From an uncultured Candidatus Saccharibacteria bacterium (lineage in GTDB: Bacteria > Patescibacteriota > Minisyncoccia > Minisyncoccales > Staskawiczbacteraceae): DNA of 64,000 nt. Below are positions 54,399 through 62,530 of this stretch, one piece after another. The notes beneath the pieces were generated by a model, which did no database searches, had not been told where the DNA came from, and saw only the letters and a program-made list of their open reading frames with translations. The stretch covers positions 3,595-67,594 of the forward strand of contig CAZREI010000003.1 in NCBI GenBank assembly GCA_964599285.1, read 5' to 3'. Numbering within the stretch: the stretch's first letter is position 1; each line of letters opens with the position of its first letter. Position numbers and translations under genes: made by a program.

Positions 54399-55376
54399 AT
54401 GAACGATGAAGTTTTCCTTGCGCTGAAAAAATCTTTGCCGGGCATTCAGAAAAATATTTTGCTCAAAGACCACACTACCTTCCAAATTGGCGGACCGGCC
54501 AAATATTTTTTAGTTGCCCAAAAAAAAGAAGACATTATTAAAGCCTTAACGTTGGCAAAGCAATTAAACCTGCCAGTTTTTATTTTGGGGGGAGGCAGTA
54601 ATATTCTGGCTTCTGATCAAGGGTTTGATGGTTTGGTTATAAAAATCCAAAATAAAAAACCAAGCTTAAAGATACAGCAAAAAGCAGGAAATTTTTTTAT
54701 TGAAGCGCCAGCCGGCACGGCCGTAAAAGATTTGGTAACATTTTCCACCAATAACGCATTGCAGGGGCTGGAATGGGCAGGGGGATTGCCTGGCACGTTT
54801 GGCGGCGCCATCCGCGGAAATGCCGGCGCTTTTGGGGGCGAAACCAAAGACAGCATTTTTCAAGTACAGGCTTTGGATGAAAATCTGAATATAAAAATAG
54901 TGTCTAATGCCCAGTGCCAATTTTCTTACCGAAATTCCATTTTTAAGCAAAAAAATTGGATTGTCCTTTCAGCAACCATAAAACTAACAAAGGGAGATAA
55001 AAAAAATCTCAAAGCCACGGCCAAGGCTAACGCGGATTACAGAACCAATCGCCATCCGCTGAATTTTCCCAACGCCGGAAGCATTTTTAAAAATTGCGAT
55101 TTTGAATCGTTTTCCCTGTCGCACCAAAAAAATCTTTTAGCAGTGGTAAAAAAAGATCCTTTCCCGGTGGTGCCAACGGCTTATTTAATTTCTGAAGCGG
55201 GACTGAAGGGCACTACCATTGGCGGCGCAAAAGTGTCAGAAAAGCACCCTAATTTTATTGTGAATGTGGGAGGTGCCAAGGCAAAGGACGTGTTGGCAGT
55301 CATTGATATTAATAAAAAAAATATCAAAGAAAAGTATAATGTCACCTTAGAACAAGAAGTGCAATATCTATCATAG
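54399..55376 (+). CDS. murB: UDP-N-acetylenolpyruvoylglucosamine reductase
   Basis: FAD-binding start TTFQIGGPAKYF, ILGGGSN, GLPGTFGGAIRGNAGAFG, and NAGSIFKN. Confidence 0.9.
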   Translation: MNDEVFLALKKSLPGIQKNILLKDHTTFQIGGPAKYFLVAQKKEDIIKALTLAKQLNLPVFILGGGSNILASDQGFDGLVIKIQNKKPSLKIQQKAGNFFIEAPAGTAVKDLVTFSTNNALQGLEWAGGLPGTFGGAIRGNAGAFGGETKDSIFQVQALDENLNIKIVSNAQCQFSYRNSIFKQKNWIVLSATIKLTKGDKKNLKATAKANADYRTNRHPLNFPNAGSIFKNCDFESFSLSHQKNLLAVVKKDPFPVVPTAYLISEAGLKGTTIGGAKVSEKHPNFIVNVGGAKAKDVLAVIDINKKNIKEKYNVTLEQEVQYLS

Positions 55377-55378
55377 TT

Positions 55379-55477
55379 GTTAGTTTAAGGTTTCAAGTTT
55401 TAGTTAAATAGTTTATAGTTAAACCAATAACCACTAGAACTTAAACTAACAGCCACGCCGCCTTTTTGCGGCGCGGC
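55379..55477. repeat. hairpin element built from GTTTAAG/CTTAAAC words plus a GC hairpin
   Basis: GTTAGTTTAAG (55379) pairs with CTTAAACTAAC (55440). This is followed by GCCACGCCGC-CTTTTT-GCGGCGCGGC (55452..55477), a possible murB terminator. Confidence 0.6.
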
Positions 55478-55501
55478 CGGAACTTAAAACTAAAAACTAC
55501 T

Positions 55502-55846
55502 ATGCGCATCATAATTAAAACTAAAAACCTTGAACTGACCGATGCTCTTAACGCGTATGTGCAAAAACACTTTCAGGCAATTGGAAAATTGGTAAAAGAC
55601 AACGCAGACATTTTTGTGGAAATTGAAAAGGAAACTCTGCACCATCGCAAAGGCCAGGTCTTTTGCGCGGAAGCCGAAGTCATCTTGCCCGGCAAAAAAA
55701 TTATGGCCAAGGCAAAGGCAGACGACTTATTAAAAGCCATCGTCCAGGTAAAAAAAGAACTGGAAAGGGAAATAAAAAACCACAAAACCAAAACCATAGA
55801 ACTGCCGCGCCGCCAATTTAGAAAAATCAAAAAAGAAATAACATAA
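55502..55846 (+). CDS. hpf: ribosome hibernation promoting factor (short HPF/RaiA)
   Basis: MRIIIKTKNLELTDALNAYVQKHF.. is the typical S30AE-family start. Size is about 114 aa. Confidence 0.85.
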   Translation: MRIIIKTKNLELTDALNAYVQKHFQAIGKLVKDNADIFVEIEKETLHHRKGQVFCAEAEVILPGKKIMAKAKADDLLKAIVQVKKELEREIKNHKTKTIELPRRQFRKIKKEIT

Positions 55847-55860
55847 CTATAAATAACGTA

Positions 55861-55895
55861 AACCAAAATCGGCCCGAAGGCCGATTTTGGTTTAT
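55861..55895 (+). terminator. rho-independent terminator
   Basis: AACCAAAATCGGCC-CGAA-GGCCGATTTTGGTT is followed by TAT. Confidence 0.85.
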
Positions 55896-55956
55896 ATTAT
55901 TTTGTTTGCATCCCAGGGAAATACTCTTAATTTTCATTAAAAGTGCGTTAATGAAA

Positions 55957-55996
55957 GTATAGAGTAAAATAGAAACGTTTCCTTTTTACTCTATAC
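55957..55996. repeat. P38 palindrome, copy 2
   Basis: GTATAGAGTAAAATAGAAACGTTTCCTTTTTACTCTATAC. Confidence 0.9.
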
Positions 55997-56092
55997 CCAG
56001 TTTAAGTGCAGCGCTTGCTTTTTCATCATAAATTTTGTAAAGTTATCGTAGTTCGCTCAATGTTCTGAACCTTGACAAAGGAGGGTTCTTCA

Positions 56093-56914
56093 ATGAACCG
56101 CACGACCGCTCTGCTGCTCTTGGCCGATTGTCTGATTATGTTTGTTGGCCAGATATACGCGCCACTGAATGTCGGCGCGCAAGGCACGCCAACAGAAACG
56201 CAAAAAGTTGGCGAAGCGATCAAGCCGCCTGAAGTGAAAAGAGGTGATGCAGTTCGTTTGTCTCGTCGGATGTACAACCCCAAGGAGTATGTAGATAAAA
56301 CAACGGTCGCCGCCAATCTCTGGTTCGAGCTTGGAGAGCAATACTTTTGGTTTGTGGATTGGGACGCCGACCGAAAGCCATTTACCGCTCTTGTCATCCA
56401 CCACAGCGCCACCAGTCAAGACGCAACTGCGGACGAAATTGATAAAATCCAGGAAGAGCGGCTTTATGTGCCTCGATACAAAAGCGCCAGCACAATGCCT
56501 TTTGTCAAAAATCTGCCTGTTCATTCAGGTCATGTGATTAACGACAAAGAGCGCTTTATTTCTTATCACCACTTGGTCTACCATGATGGAAAAGTGACTA
56601 CCGAACTTTCACCGCTACGAAAAGTGAAAGATCAGTGGTACATTGACCATGTTGGCTGGCACGCTGGCGCCAATAAAGATCCAAAAGGAGAAAACGGCTG
56701 GAGTTTGAATTGCCGATCGATTGCCATTTGCCTTATCGGAGATTTTTCTGATAAGGACCCGTCCGATGCGCAACTAAAAGCGATTGCGGGTTTGGTCGCT
56801 CACTACCGAGGCTTCAATCCGAAGTTGACGGTCATCGGCCATCGTGATCATGCAAAAACCGTGTGTCCGGGAAACGGCTGGGAGGTCTGGCGGGAAAAAA
56901 TCGTAGGGGAGTAG
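56093..56914 (+). CDS. N-acetylmuramoyl-L-alanine amidase (Amidase_2/PGRP fold)
   Basis: AGGAGGG lies 7 nt before the ATG. A signal-like N-terminus is followed by LVIHHSAT, GWHAG, ICLIGDF and IGHRDHAKTVCPG (zinc ligands). It looks more G+C-rich than its flanks by eye. Confidence 0.85.
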   Translation: MNRTTALLLLADCLIMFVGQIYAPLNVGAQGTPTETQKVGEAIKPPEVKRGDAVRLSRRMYNPKEYVDKTTVAANLWFELGEQYFWFVDWDADRKPFTALVIHHSATSQDATADEIDKIQEERLYVPRYKSASTMPFVKNLPVHSGHVINDKERFISYHHLVYHDGKVTTELSPLRKVKDQWYIDHVGWHAGANKDPKGENGWSLNCRSIAICLIGDFSDKDPSDAQLKAIAGLVAHYRGFNPKLTVIGHRDHAKTVCPGNGWEVWREKIVGE

Positions 56915-56923
56915 CACGTTAGG

Positions 56924-56974
56924 CCCTGATTCCATGTAGTACCACATACCACATGGAATCAGGGTTTTTATTTT
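56924..56974 (+). terminator. rho-independent terminator
   Basis: CCCTGATTCCATGT..ACATGGAATCAGGG (14-bp stem) is followed by TTTTTATTTT. Confidence 0.85.
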
Positions 56975-57003
56975 CTACCGAAATCCATCAGCCATTTTAA
57001 AAG

Positions 57004-57041
57004 TATAGAGTAAAAAAGAAACGTTTCTTTTTTACTCAATA
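57004..57041. repeat. P38 palindrome, copy 3
   Basis: TATAGAGTAAAAAAGAAACGTTTCTTTTTTACTCAATA has 1 mismatch to a perfect palindrome. Confidence 0.9.
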
Positions 57042-57059
57042 GATGATATATGGTATAAT
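57031..57059 (+). promoter_or_regulatory. possible promoter partly inside P38 copy 3
   Basis: TTTACT (the right arm of P38)-17 nt-TATAAT, preceded by TGG (extended -10-like). The ATG lies 18 nt downstream. Confidence 0.35.
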
Positions 57060-57076
57060 GAGGAAAAATAAAATTC

Positions 57077-57607
57077 ATGAAGTTGCCCATTACCGATCAA
57101 TTTCTTTACGATATCTTTAATGCCATTAGCGAAGAGGAAGATACCTGGCATTTTTTAGTTCATCCACCCCGAACATTAGGACATATAGCCTGGGATACTG
57201 ATGATCCAATCTACCAGAAGTACTACAAGATAATGACCCCGCAAAAATTTTCCTGGTTAATACACTACCTAAAGAAAAATAATTTTATTAGAGTTAAAAA
57301 CCTGGAGGGCAAAAAGGGGATTGCCATTACTAAAAAGGGAATTTCTAAAGTATTGCAAGCAAGCTTTAAGCTGGAAAATAAAAAGAAAAGGAGCGACGGC
57401 AAATGGATTATGCTGATATTTGATATGCCCAAGAAATATGAAAAAGCGCGGAAATTATTAAGAAGTATTCTGGAAAATTTGGGGTATAAACTTTTGCAAC
57501 ATAGCGTATGGGTTTGCCCTTTTGACGTATTAGAAAAAACCGAAACATTATTGCAAACACATTCGCTGGACGAATATATCAGGATCTTCCTAATAGAAGA
57601 GCTTTAG
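57077..57607 (+). CDS. PaaX-like protein: winged-helix N-terminus plus Cas2-like ferredoxin-fold domain
   Basis: The C-terminal half WIMLIFDMPKKYEKARKLLRSILENLGYKLLQHSVWVCPFD follows the Cas2/PaaX-central-domain pattern (beta-strand ending in D, helix, G-Y/F-x-hhQxSVa). The N-terminal part looks wHTH-like (LIHYLKKNNFIRVKN..GIAITKKG). Confidence 0.55.
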   Translation: MKLPITDQFLYDIFNAISEEEDTWHFLVHPPRTLGHIAWDTDDPIYQKYYKIMTPQKFSWLIHYLKKNNFIRVKNLEGKKGIAITKKGISKVLQASFKLENKKKRSDGKWIMLIFDMPKKYEKARKLLRSILENLGYKLLQHSVWVCPFDVLEKTETLLQTHSLDEYIRIFLIEEL

Positions 57608-57612
57608 AAAGA

Positions 57613-57650
57613 TATAGAGTAAAATAGAAACGTTTCTTTTTTACTCTATA
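57613..57650. repeat. P38 palindrome, copy 4
   Basis: TATAGAGTAAAATAGAAACGTTTCTTTTTTACTCTATA. The pairing extends by GA/TC to 57611..57652. Confidence 0.9.
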
Positions 57651-57774
57651 TCATGGATATGGTGAATGTTATGGCCATTTCTTAATTCAGGTATGGCTTT
57701 TTATATTTTTGACGTCCTCGATTGTGGTTCTTAACCCCGTTGCTAAAATGGGATTTTTTGGTTAGAGTTACACT

Positions 57775-60267
57775 ATGAGTATATTTACCAAATTATTTGG
57801 GAATGCAAATGAAACGTATGTCAAGAATTTGCAACCCATCATAGAAAAAATCAATTCTTTTGAACCGGAACTACAGAAACTATCTGACGCGGAATTAAAA
57901 AACAAAACAAAAGAATTTAAAGATCAGCTGTCCCAAGGCCAAACATTGGACGATCTTTTACCCGAAGCTTTTGCCACCGTCAGGGAAGCTTCAAGGCGCG
58001 CTTTAAACCAGCGCCATTTTGATGTGCAGTTAATTGGCGGCATGGTTTTGCATCAGGGGAAAGTGGCTGAAATGCGCACGGGCGAAGGAAAAACCTTGTC
58101 GGCAACGCTGCCAGCTTATTTGAATGCTCTGGAAGGCAAAGGCGTGCACATTGTTACGGTCAACGATTACTTGGCCAAGCGTGACATGGTTTGGATGGGC
58201 CAAATTTACGGAGCTTTGGGGCTTAGCACCGGATGTGTCACTGGGGAATCGGGTTACGTGTACGATGCCTCTTTTGTAAATATTCCGGAAGATAAAGAAC
58301 GCGATCTTGTCGGCGGTTTTAAAGTAGTGCAGGATTTTTTAAAGCCTTCAACCAAAAAAGAAGCCTACGACGCCGACATTACCTACGGCACCAACAATGA
58401 GTTTGGGTTTGATTATTTGCGCGACAATATGGTGTATGATTTAGGCCAGCAAGCCCAGCGCGGCCACCACTATGTGATTGTGGACGAGGTGGATTCGGTG
58501 TTAATTGATGAGGCGCGCGTGCCATTGATTATTTCCGGACAAGCCGAAGACGCCAGCCAAAAATATTATCAATTTGCCAAAGTAGTGGCGCCCTTGGAAA
58601 AAGAAACCGACTACGTGCTGGATGAAAAATTAAAAGCCGTCAACTTTACCGAAGAAGGGCAAAACAAAGTGGTGGCAAGGCTGGGGTCCGACCCGTGGGC
58701 AGAAAACGACATTACCACCACCCATCAATTGGAAGCGGCGCTGAAAGCCAAAACGTTATTTTTGCGCGATCGCGATTACGTGGTTAAAGGCCAGGACATT
58801 ATGATTATTGATGAATTTACCGGTCGCATGTTGCCCGGGCGCCGATGGAGCGCCGGTTTGCATCAGGCGGTGGAGGCCAAAGAAGGCGTGCACATTCAGC
58901 CCGAGTCCATAACGCTGGCGACTATTACGTTTCAAAATTATTTTCGTTTGTACAAAAAAATTTCCGGCATGACCGGCACGGCTTTGACGTCGGCTGAGGA
59001 ATTAGACAAAGTATACAAGCTGGATGTGGTGGTTATTCCCACCCATCGGCCGATGGTGCGCCAGGATTTTTCTGACAAAATTTTTAAAACCGAGGAAGGG
59101 AAATTCAAAGCGGTGGTCAGTCAGATTAGAGAGTTAAACCAAAAAGGCCAGCCGGTTTTGGTGGGGACGCGGTCGGTGGAACGCAACGAATTTTTGGGAA
59201 AATTATTGGCCCGCGAAGGCATTGCGCACCGGATTTTAAACGCCAAAAACCATGAAAAGGAAGGAGAAATTATTGCTCAAGCCGGAAAAATGGGAGCGGT
59301 GACCATCGCCACCAACATGGCCGGCCGCGGCGTAGACATTATTTTAGGAGGGAATCCGCCAGTACCCGAAGACGCGGCAAAAGTGCGGGAACTTGGTGGC
59401 CTGTATGTTTTGGGAACCGAACGCCATGACGCGCGCAGAATTGATAATCAGTTAAGAGGCCGCGCGGGTCGGCAGGGCGACCCGGGGGCTTCGCAGTTTT
59501 TTGTTTCGCTGGAAGACGACCTGATGCGCATTTTTGGCGGCGACAAGATAAAGTCGCTGATGACGGCATTGAATGTGCCCGATGACGAACCCATTCAGGC
59601 AAAAATTATTTCGGGAGCACTGGAATCCGCCCAGCAAAAAATTGAGGGCTTCAACTTTGACGCGCGCCACCACGTCCTGGAATATGATGATGTGATGAAT
59701 AAACACCGAGAAATAATTTACAAGAAACGACGAGCGTTTCTTGAAATTTCCAATTCCCCCAGCCTCGACTCGCAGAGCTCGTCGATGCGAGGCGGGCAAT
59801 TACCAATTTCCAATGAAATCCTAAATTCTGAAGAAATGGGAAAAAAGAAACAGGAATTAGGCGAGGAACAATTTTTTCAGGTGGTAAAATTTGTTGGTTT
59901 GAAAGTGATAGACACGCTGTGGCAAGATCACTTAACTAACATGGAACACATGCGAGATTCGGTAAGGCTTCGCGCGTACGGAGGCAAAGATCCGCTAGTG
60001 GAATACAAAAACGAGGGCAGGCAATTATTCACGTGCTTGCTGGAAGAAATGGATGTGGCCATTGCAAATAATATTTTGACCGCGCACGTGCATCAAGGCG
60101 CGCCACCAAATCTGTCATTGCGAGGCGCACCGAAGCAATCTGACGAAGTCGGCCGTAACGATTTATGTCCCTGTGGTTCAGGGAAAAAATGGAAAAAATG
60201 CGGGATGTTAAACACTAAAGAGCACCAGGAATTAATGGCCACGCTTAGCGTGGCTAAACCTCACTGA
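57775..60267 (+). CDS. secA: preprotein translocase ATPase SecA
   Basis: MRTGEGKTL (Walker A), IVDEVDSVLIDEARVPLIISG, TNMAGRGVDI, and the C-terminal zinc finger CPCGSGKKWKKCG. Confidence 0.97.
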   Translation: MSIFTKLFGNANETYVKNLQPIIEKINSFEPELQKLSDAELKNKTKEFKDQLSQGQTLDDLLPEAFATVREASRRALNQRHFDVQLIGGMVLHQGKVAEMRTGEGKTLSATLPAYLNALEGKGVHIVTVNDYLAKRDMVWMGQIYGALGLSTGCVTGESGYVYDASFVNIPEDKERDLVGGFKVVQDFLKPSTKKEAYDADITYGTNNEFGFDYLRDNMVYDLGQQAQRGHHYVIVDEVDSVLIDEARVPLIISGQAEDASQKYYQFAKVVAPLEKETDYVLDEKLKAVNFTEEGQNKVVARLGSDPWAENDITTTHQLEAALKAKTLFLRDRDYVVKGQDIMIIDEFTGRMLPGRRWSAGLHQAVEAKEGVHIQPESITLATITFQNYFRLYKKISGMTGTALTSAEELDKVYKLDVVVIPTHRPMVRQDFSDKIFKTEEGKFKAVVSQIRELNQKGQPVLVGTRSVERNEFLGKLLAREGIAHRILNAKNHEKEGEIIAQAGKMGAVTIATNMAGRGVDIILGGNPPVPEDAAKVRELGGLYVLGTERHDARRIDNQLRGRAGRQGDPGASQFFVSLEDDLMRIFGGDKIKSLMTALNVPDDEPIQAKIISGALESAQQKIEGFNFDARHHVLEYDDVMNKHREIIYKKRRAFLEISNSPSLDSQSSSMRGGQLPISNEILNSEEMGKKKQELGEEQFFQVVKFVGLKVIDTLWQDHLTNMEHMRDSVRLRAYGGKDPLVEYKNEGRQLFTCLLEEMDVAIANNILTAHVHQGAPPNLSLRGAPKQSDEVGRNDLCPCGSGKKWKKCGMLNTKEHQELMATLSVAKPH
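59746..59814 (+). repeat. 9-bp direct repeats (ATTTCCAAT) bracketing a 51-bp insert inside secA
   Basis: The repeat copies lie at 59746..59754 and 59806..59814, exactly 60 bp apart and in frame. The unit encodes ISN-SPSLDSQSSSMRGGQLP-ISN. Confidence 0.8.
60114..60141 (+). repeat. CAT-core repeat inside secA
   Basis: GTCATTGCGAGGCGCACCGAAGCAATCT is 28/28 identical to the intergenic copy at 25938. It is translated as SLRGAPKQS in the linker before the zinc finger. Confidence 0.9.
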
Positions 60268-60287
60268 GCGACGTGGCAAAAATAACT

Positions 60288-60734
60288 ATGGAAAAGACGA
60301 GAAACGTTTCAATATTAATACCCTATAAAATGAAAGAAAAAGAAGTTTTTGTATTTTTACAAAAGCGGGAAAAAAATAGAAAAGTGTTGCCTGGCCACTT
60401 TGCTTTTTTTGGTGGTAAAATAGAAGAAGGAGAAAATCCAACAGAAGCCTTGGAAAGGGAAATCCAAGAAGAGATGTGTTTTACTCCAAAAAGATACGAA
60501 TTTTTAGGTAGATATAATTTTACCGATCGGTTAGTTGCTGGTTGGTTAGCAAATGTCTTTTTTTTGAAAGTGAGTGATAATTTTGAAGCAGACATCAAAG
60601 TCGTAGAAGGCGAGTACGGAAAGTTTTTTTCGGAAGATGAAGTTGCAAAAGAACCGATGCTTATTGAAGAAGATAAAAAAATTATAAAAGATTTATACAA
60701 ATTGTTGCATGATAAAAAAATAAATGGAACATGA
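60288..60734 (+). CDS. NUDIX hydrolase
   Basis: Nudix box GGKIEEGENPTEALEREIQEEMCF. The ATG at 60288 is preferred to the upstream GTG. Confidence 0.8.
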   Translation: MEKTRNVSILIPYKMKEKEVFVFLQKREKNRKVLPGHFAFFGGKIEEGENPTEALEREIQEEMCFTPKRYEFLGRYNFTDRLVAGWLANVFFLKVSDNFEADIKVVEGEYGKFFSEDEVAKEPMLIEEDKKIIKDLYKLLHDKKINGT

Positions 60735-61167
60735 TATCAAAAATTTAATTAAAGAAGTTTTAGAAAAAGGTTACCTGATGAGCTTGGGTACGGTTGACGA
60801 TGGGGGAGTTTGGGTTTGCGATGTTATTTACGTTTTTGATGATGATTTAAATATTTATTGGATGTCCAAACTACATAGAAGGCATTCAAAGGCGATAGTG
60901 AATAATCCCGTTGTGGCAGGCACTATCACAGTAAGCGGTCCAAAAGAAAATAATTTAGGAATTCAGTTCGCTGGTTTAGCGAAAAAAATTGAAGGCGCGA
61001 GATTTGATCTTGCTAAAAAACATTATGCGAAAAGAAGCAAAGCAGAGCCTAAGGAAACTGATGATGTATTGGGTGGTGGCTCGTGGTATATGATAAAGCC
61101 AAAAAAGATTGAGTTAATTTGCGAAGAATTTTTTGGGTTTGAAAAACAAAAACTAAATATACCATAA
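60724..61167 (+). CDS. pyridoxamine 5'-phosphate oxidase-fold protein (general stress protein 26-like)
   Basis: LMSLGTVDDGGVWVCDVIYVFDDDLNIYWMS..RHSKAI is the typical split-barrel start. Confidence 0.65.
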   Translation: MEHDIKNLIKEVLEKGYLMSLGTVDDGGVWVCDVIYVFDDDLNIYWMSKLHRRHSKAIVNNPVVAGTITVSGPKENNLGIQFAGLAKKIEGARFDLAKKHYAKRSKAEPKETDDVLGGGSWYMIKPKKIELICEEFFGFEKQKLNIP

Positions 61168-61194
61168 TTCTCGCGGTCGCGAGAATTATGGTAT
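61159..61194. repeat. hairpin family ATACCATAATT..AATTATGGTAT, copy 2
   Basis: ATACCATAATTCTCGCGGTCGCGAGAATTATGGTAT overlaps the stop codon of the upstream gene. No T-tract follows. Confidence 0.75.
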
Positions 61195-61205
61195 AAGTCA
61201 ACCAT

Positions 61206-62087
61206 ATGAAAAAAACAATATATGTCGTTATTTTAATCTTGGTTCTGGCGGCGCTTTGGGCGGGGCTTTATTTTAAGGACAGCCTTTTGGGTTTGTATAA
61301 CAATGCTCAAAAAAATGTTCAGCAGTTCCAAAAAAACGACTTGGGAAATATTATCAACCAAGTTACCAAACAAATCTTGGCGCCCACGCCTCTGCACATT
61401 GGCGGAAAAGAAAACAATGTAGTTTTGACCAGCGCCAAAATTATTGCTCAAACCAACATCCAGCGCTATGATAATGGCAATCTGCCTCCGCTTTTGGAAA
61501 ACGCAAAATTAGACGCGGCGGCCACGGCCAAAGCCAAAGATTTATTTAAAAACCAGTACTTTGAGCATATTTCGCCTAGTGGTGTTGACCCGGGCACGCT
61601 GGTAAAATCGTTTGGCTACGAATATATTTTGTCGGGGGAAAATTTAATTTTGGGAAATTTTGCCGATGAAAAAGAAGTGGTGCAAGATTGGATGAACTCG
61701 CCCGGGCACCGCGCCAACATTTTAAATAATCGGTTTGTGGATATTGGCGTTGCTGTGCTCAAGGGCACTTACAAAGGCCAGACGGTTTGGATTGGCGTGC
61801 AGGAATTTGGCTTGCCGCTTTCGGCTTGCTCGGCTCCCAACACCAGCTTGAAAGCAGAAATTGACACCGATAAAGCCGCGCTGGATCAACTGGCGTCAAC
61901 CATTGAAGCCAAGCGAAATGAAATTAATAATACCAATCCGCGCTCGCCCGAATACAATACACTGGTGGACCAGTACAATGCGTTGGTCGCCCAATATAAT
62001 GAACTTAACCAGGTAACCAAAAATATCATTGCCCAATATAACGCCCAGGTTAATACCTTTAATCAGTGTGTCGCAGGGCATACATAA
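61206..62087 (+). CDS. CAP/SCP-domain (YkwD-like) secreted protein with C-terminal coiled coil
   Basis: An N-terminal TM/signal, then GENLILGNF..VVQDWMNSPGHRANILNNRFVDIGVAV. Confidence 0.8.
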   Translation: MKKTIYVVILILVLAALWAGLYFKDSLLGLYNNAQKNVQQFQKNDLGNIINQVTKQILAPTPLHIGGKENNVVLTSAKIIAQTNIQRYDNGNLPPLLENAKLDAAATAKAKDLFKNQYFEHISPSGVDPGTLVKSFGYEYILSGENLILGNFADEKEVVQDWMNSPGHRANILNNRFVDIGVAVLKGTYKGQTVWIGVQEFGLPLSACSAPNTSLKAEIDTDKAALDQLASTIEAKRNEINNTNPRSPEYNTLVDQYNALVAQYNELNQVTKNIIAQYNAQVNTFNQCVAGHT

Positions 62088-62095
62088 TTAAAGCA

Positions 62096-62530
62096 ATGGA
62101 TCACGTGGCTATCATGAAAAAAGAGTGGGGATTTGTTGAGAAGATTTTGAGCGGCCAAAAAACGATTGAATCACGCTGGTACAAAAATAAGTATAGGCCG
62201 TGGGATGCAATCAAGAAGGGAGACATAGTATATTTTAAAAATTCCGGAGAACCGATAACGGCAAAAGCACAAGTAAAAAAAGTGTTGCAGTTTTCTGGAT
62301 TGAATTTTGATGGCGTAAAGAAATTACTGGAGGAATATAAGAAAGGCATCGGTATAGAAGAGAAAGATACCGCGAAATTTGAGCGCAAATTTCGCGACGC
62401 ACATTATTGCGTATTAATTTTTTTAGAAAATCCAAAAACCATAAAACCATTTTTGATTAACAAGAAAGGGTTTGGCAATATGGCTTCGTGGATAACGGTA
62501 AACAATATTCATGAAATACAACAACAATGA
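62096..62530 (+). CDS. ASCH domain protein
   Basis: KILSGQKTIESRW.. is a beta-barrel start typical of ASCH/PUA-like domains. The ATG at 62096 lies after the upstream stop. Confidence 0.7.
   Translation: MDHVAIMKKEWGFVEKILSGQKTIESRWYKNKYRPWDAIKKGDIVYFKNSGEPITAKAQVKKVLQFSGLNFDGVKKLLEEYKKGIGIEEKDTAKFERKFRDAHYCVLIFLENPKTIKPFLINKKGFGNMASWITVNNIHEIQQQ

Noticed and set aside
55957-57652. An integron cassette array with P38 acting as attC.
   Set aside because: There is no intI gene or attI in the window. P38 is a near-perfect palindrome without the R''/L''..L'/R' asymmetry and extrahelical bases typical of attC, and at least the amidase module has its own terminator. I retain it only as a loose analogy in the findings.
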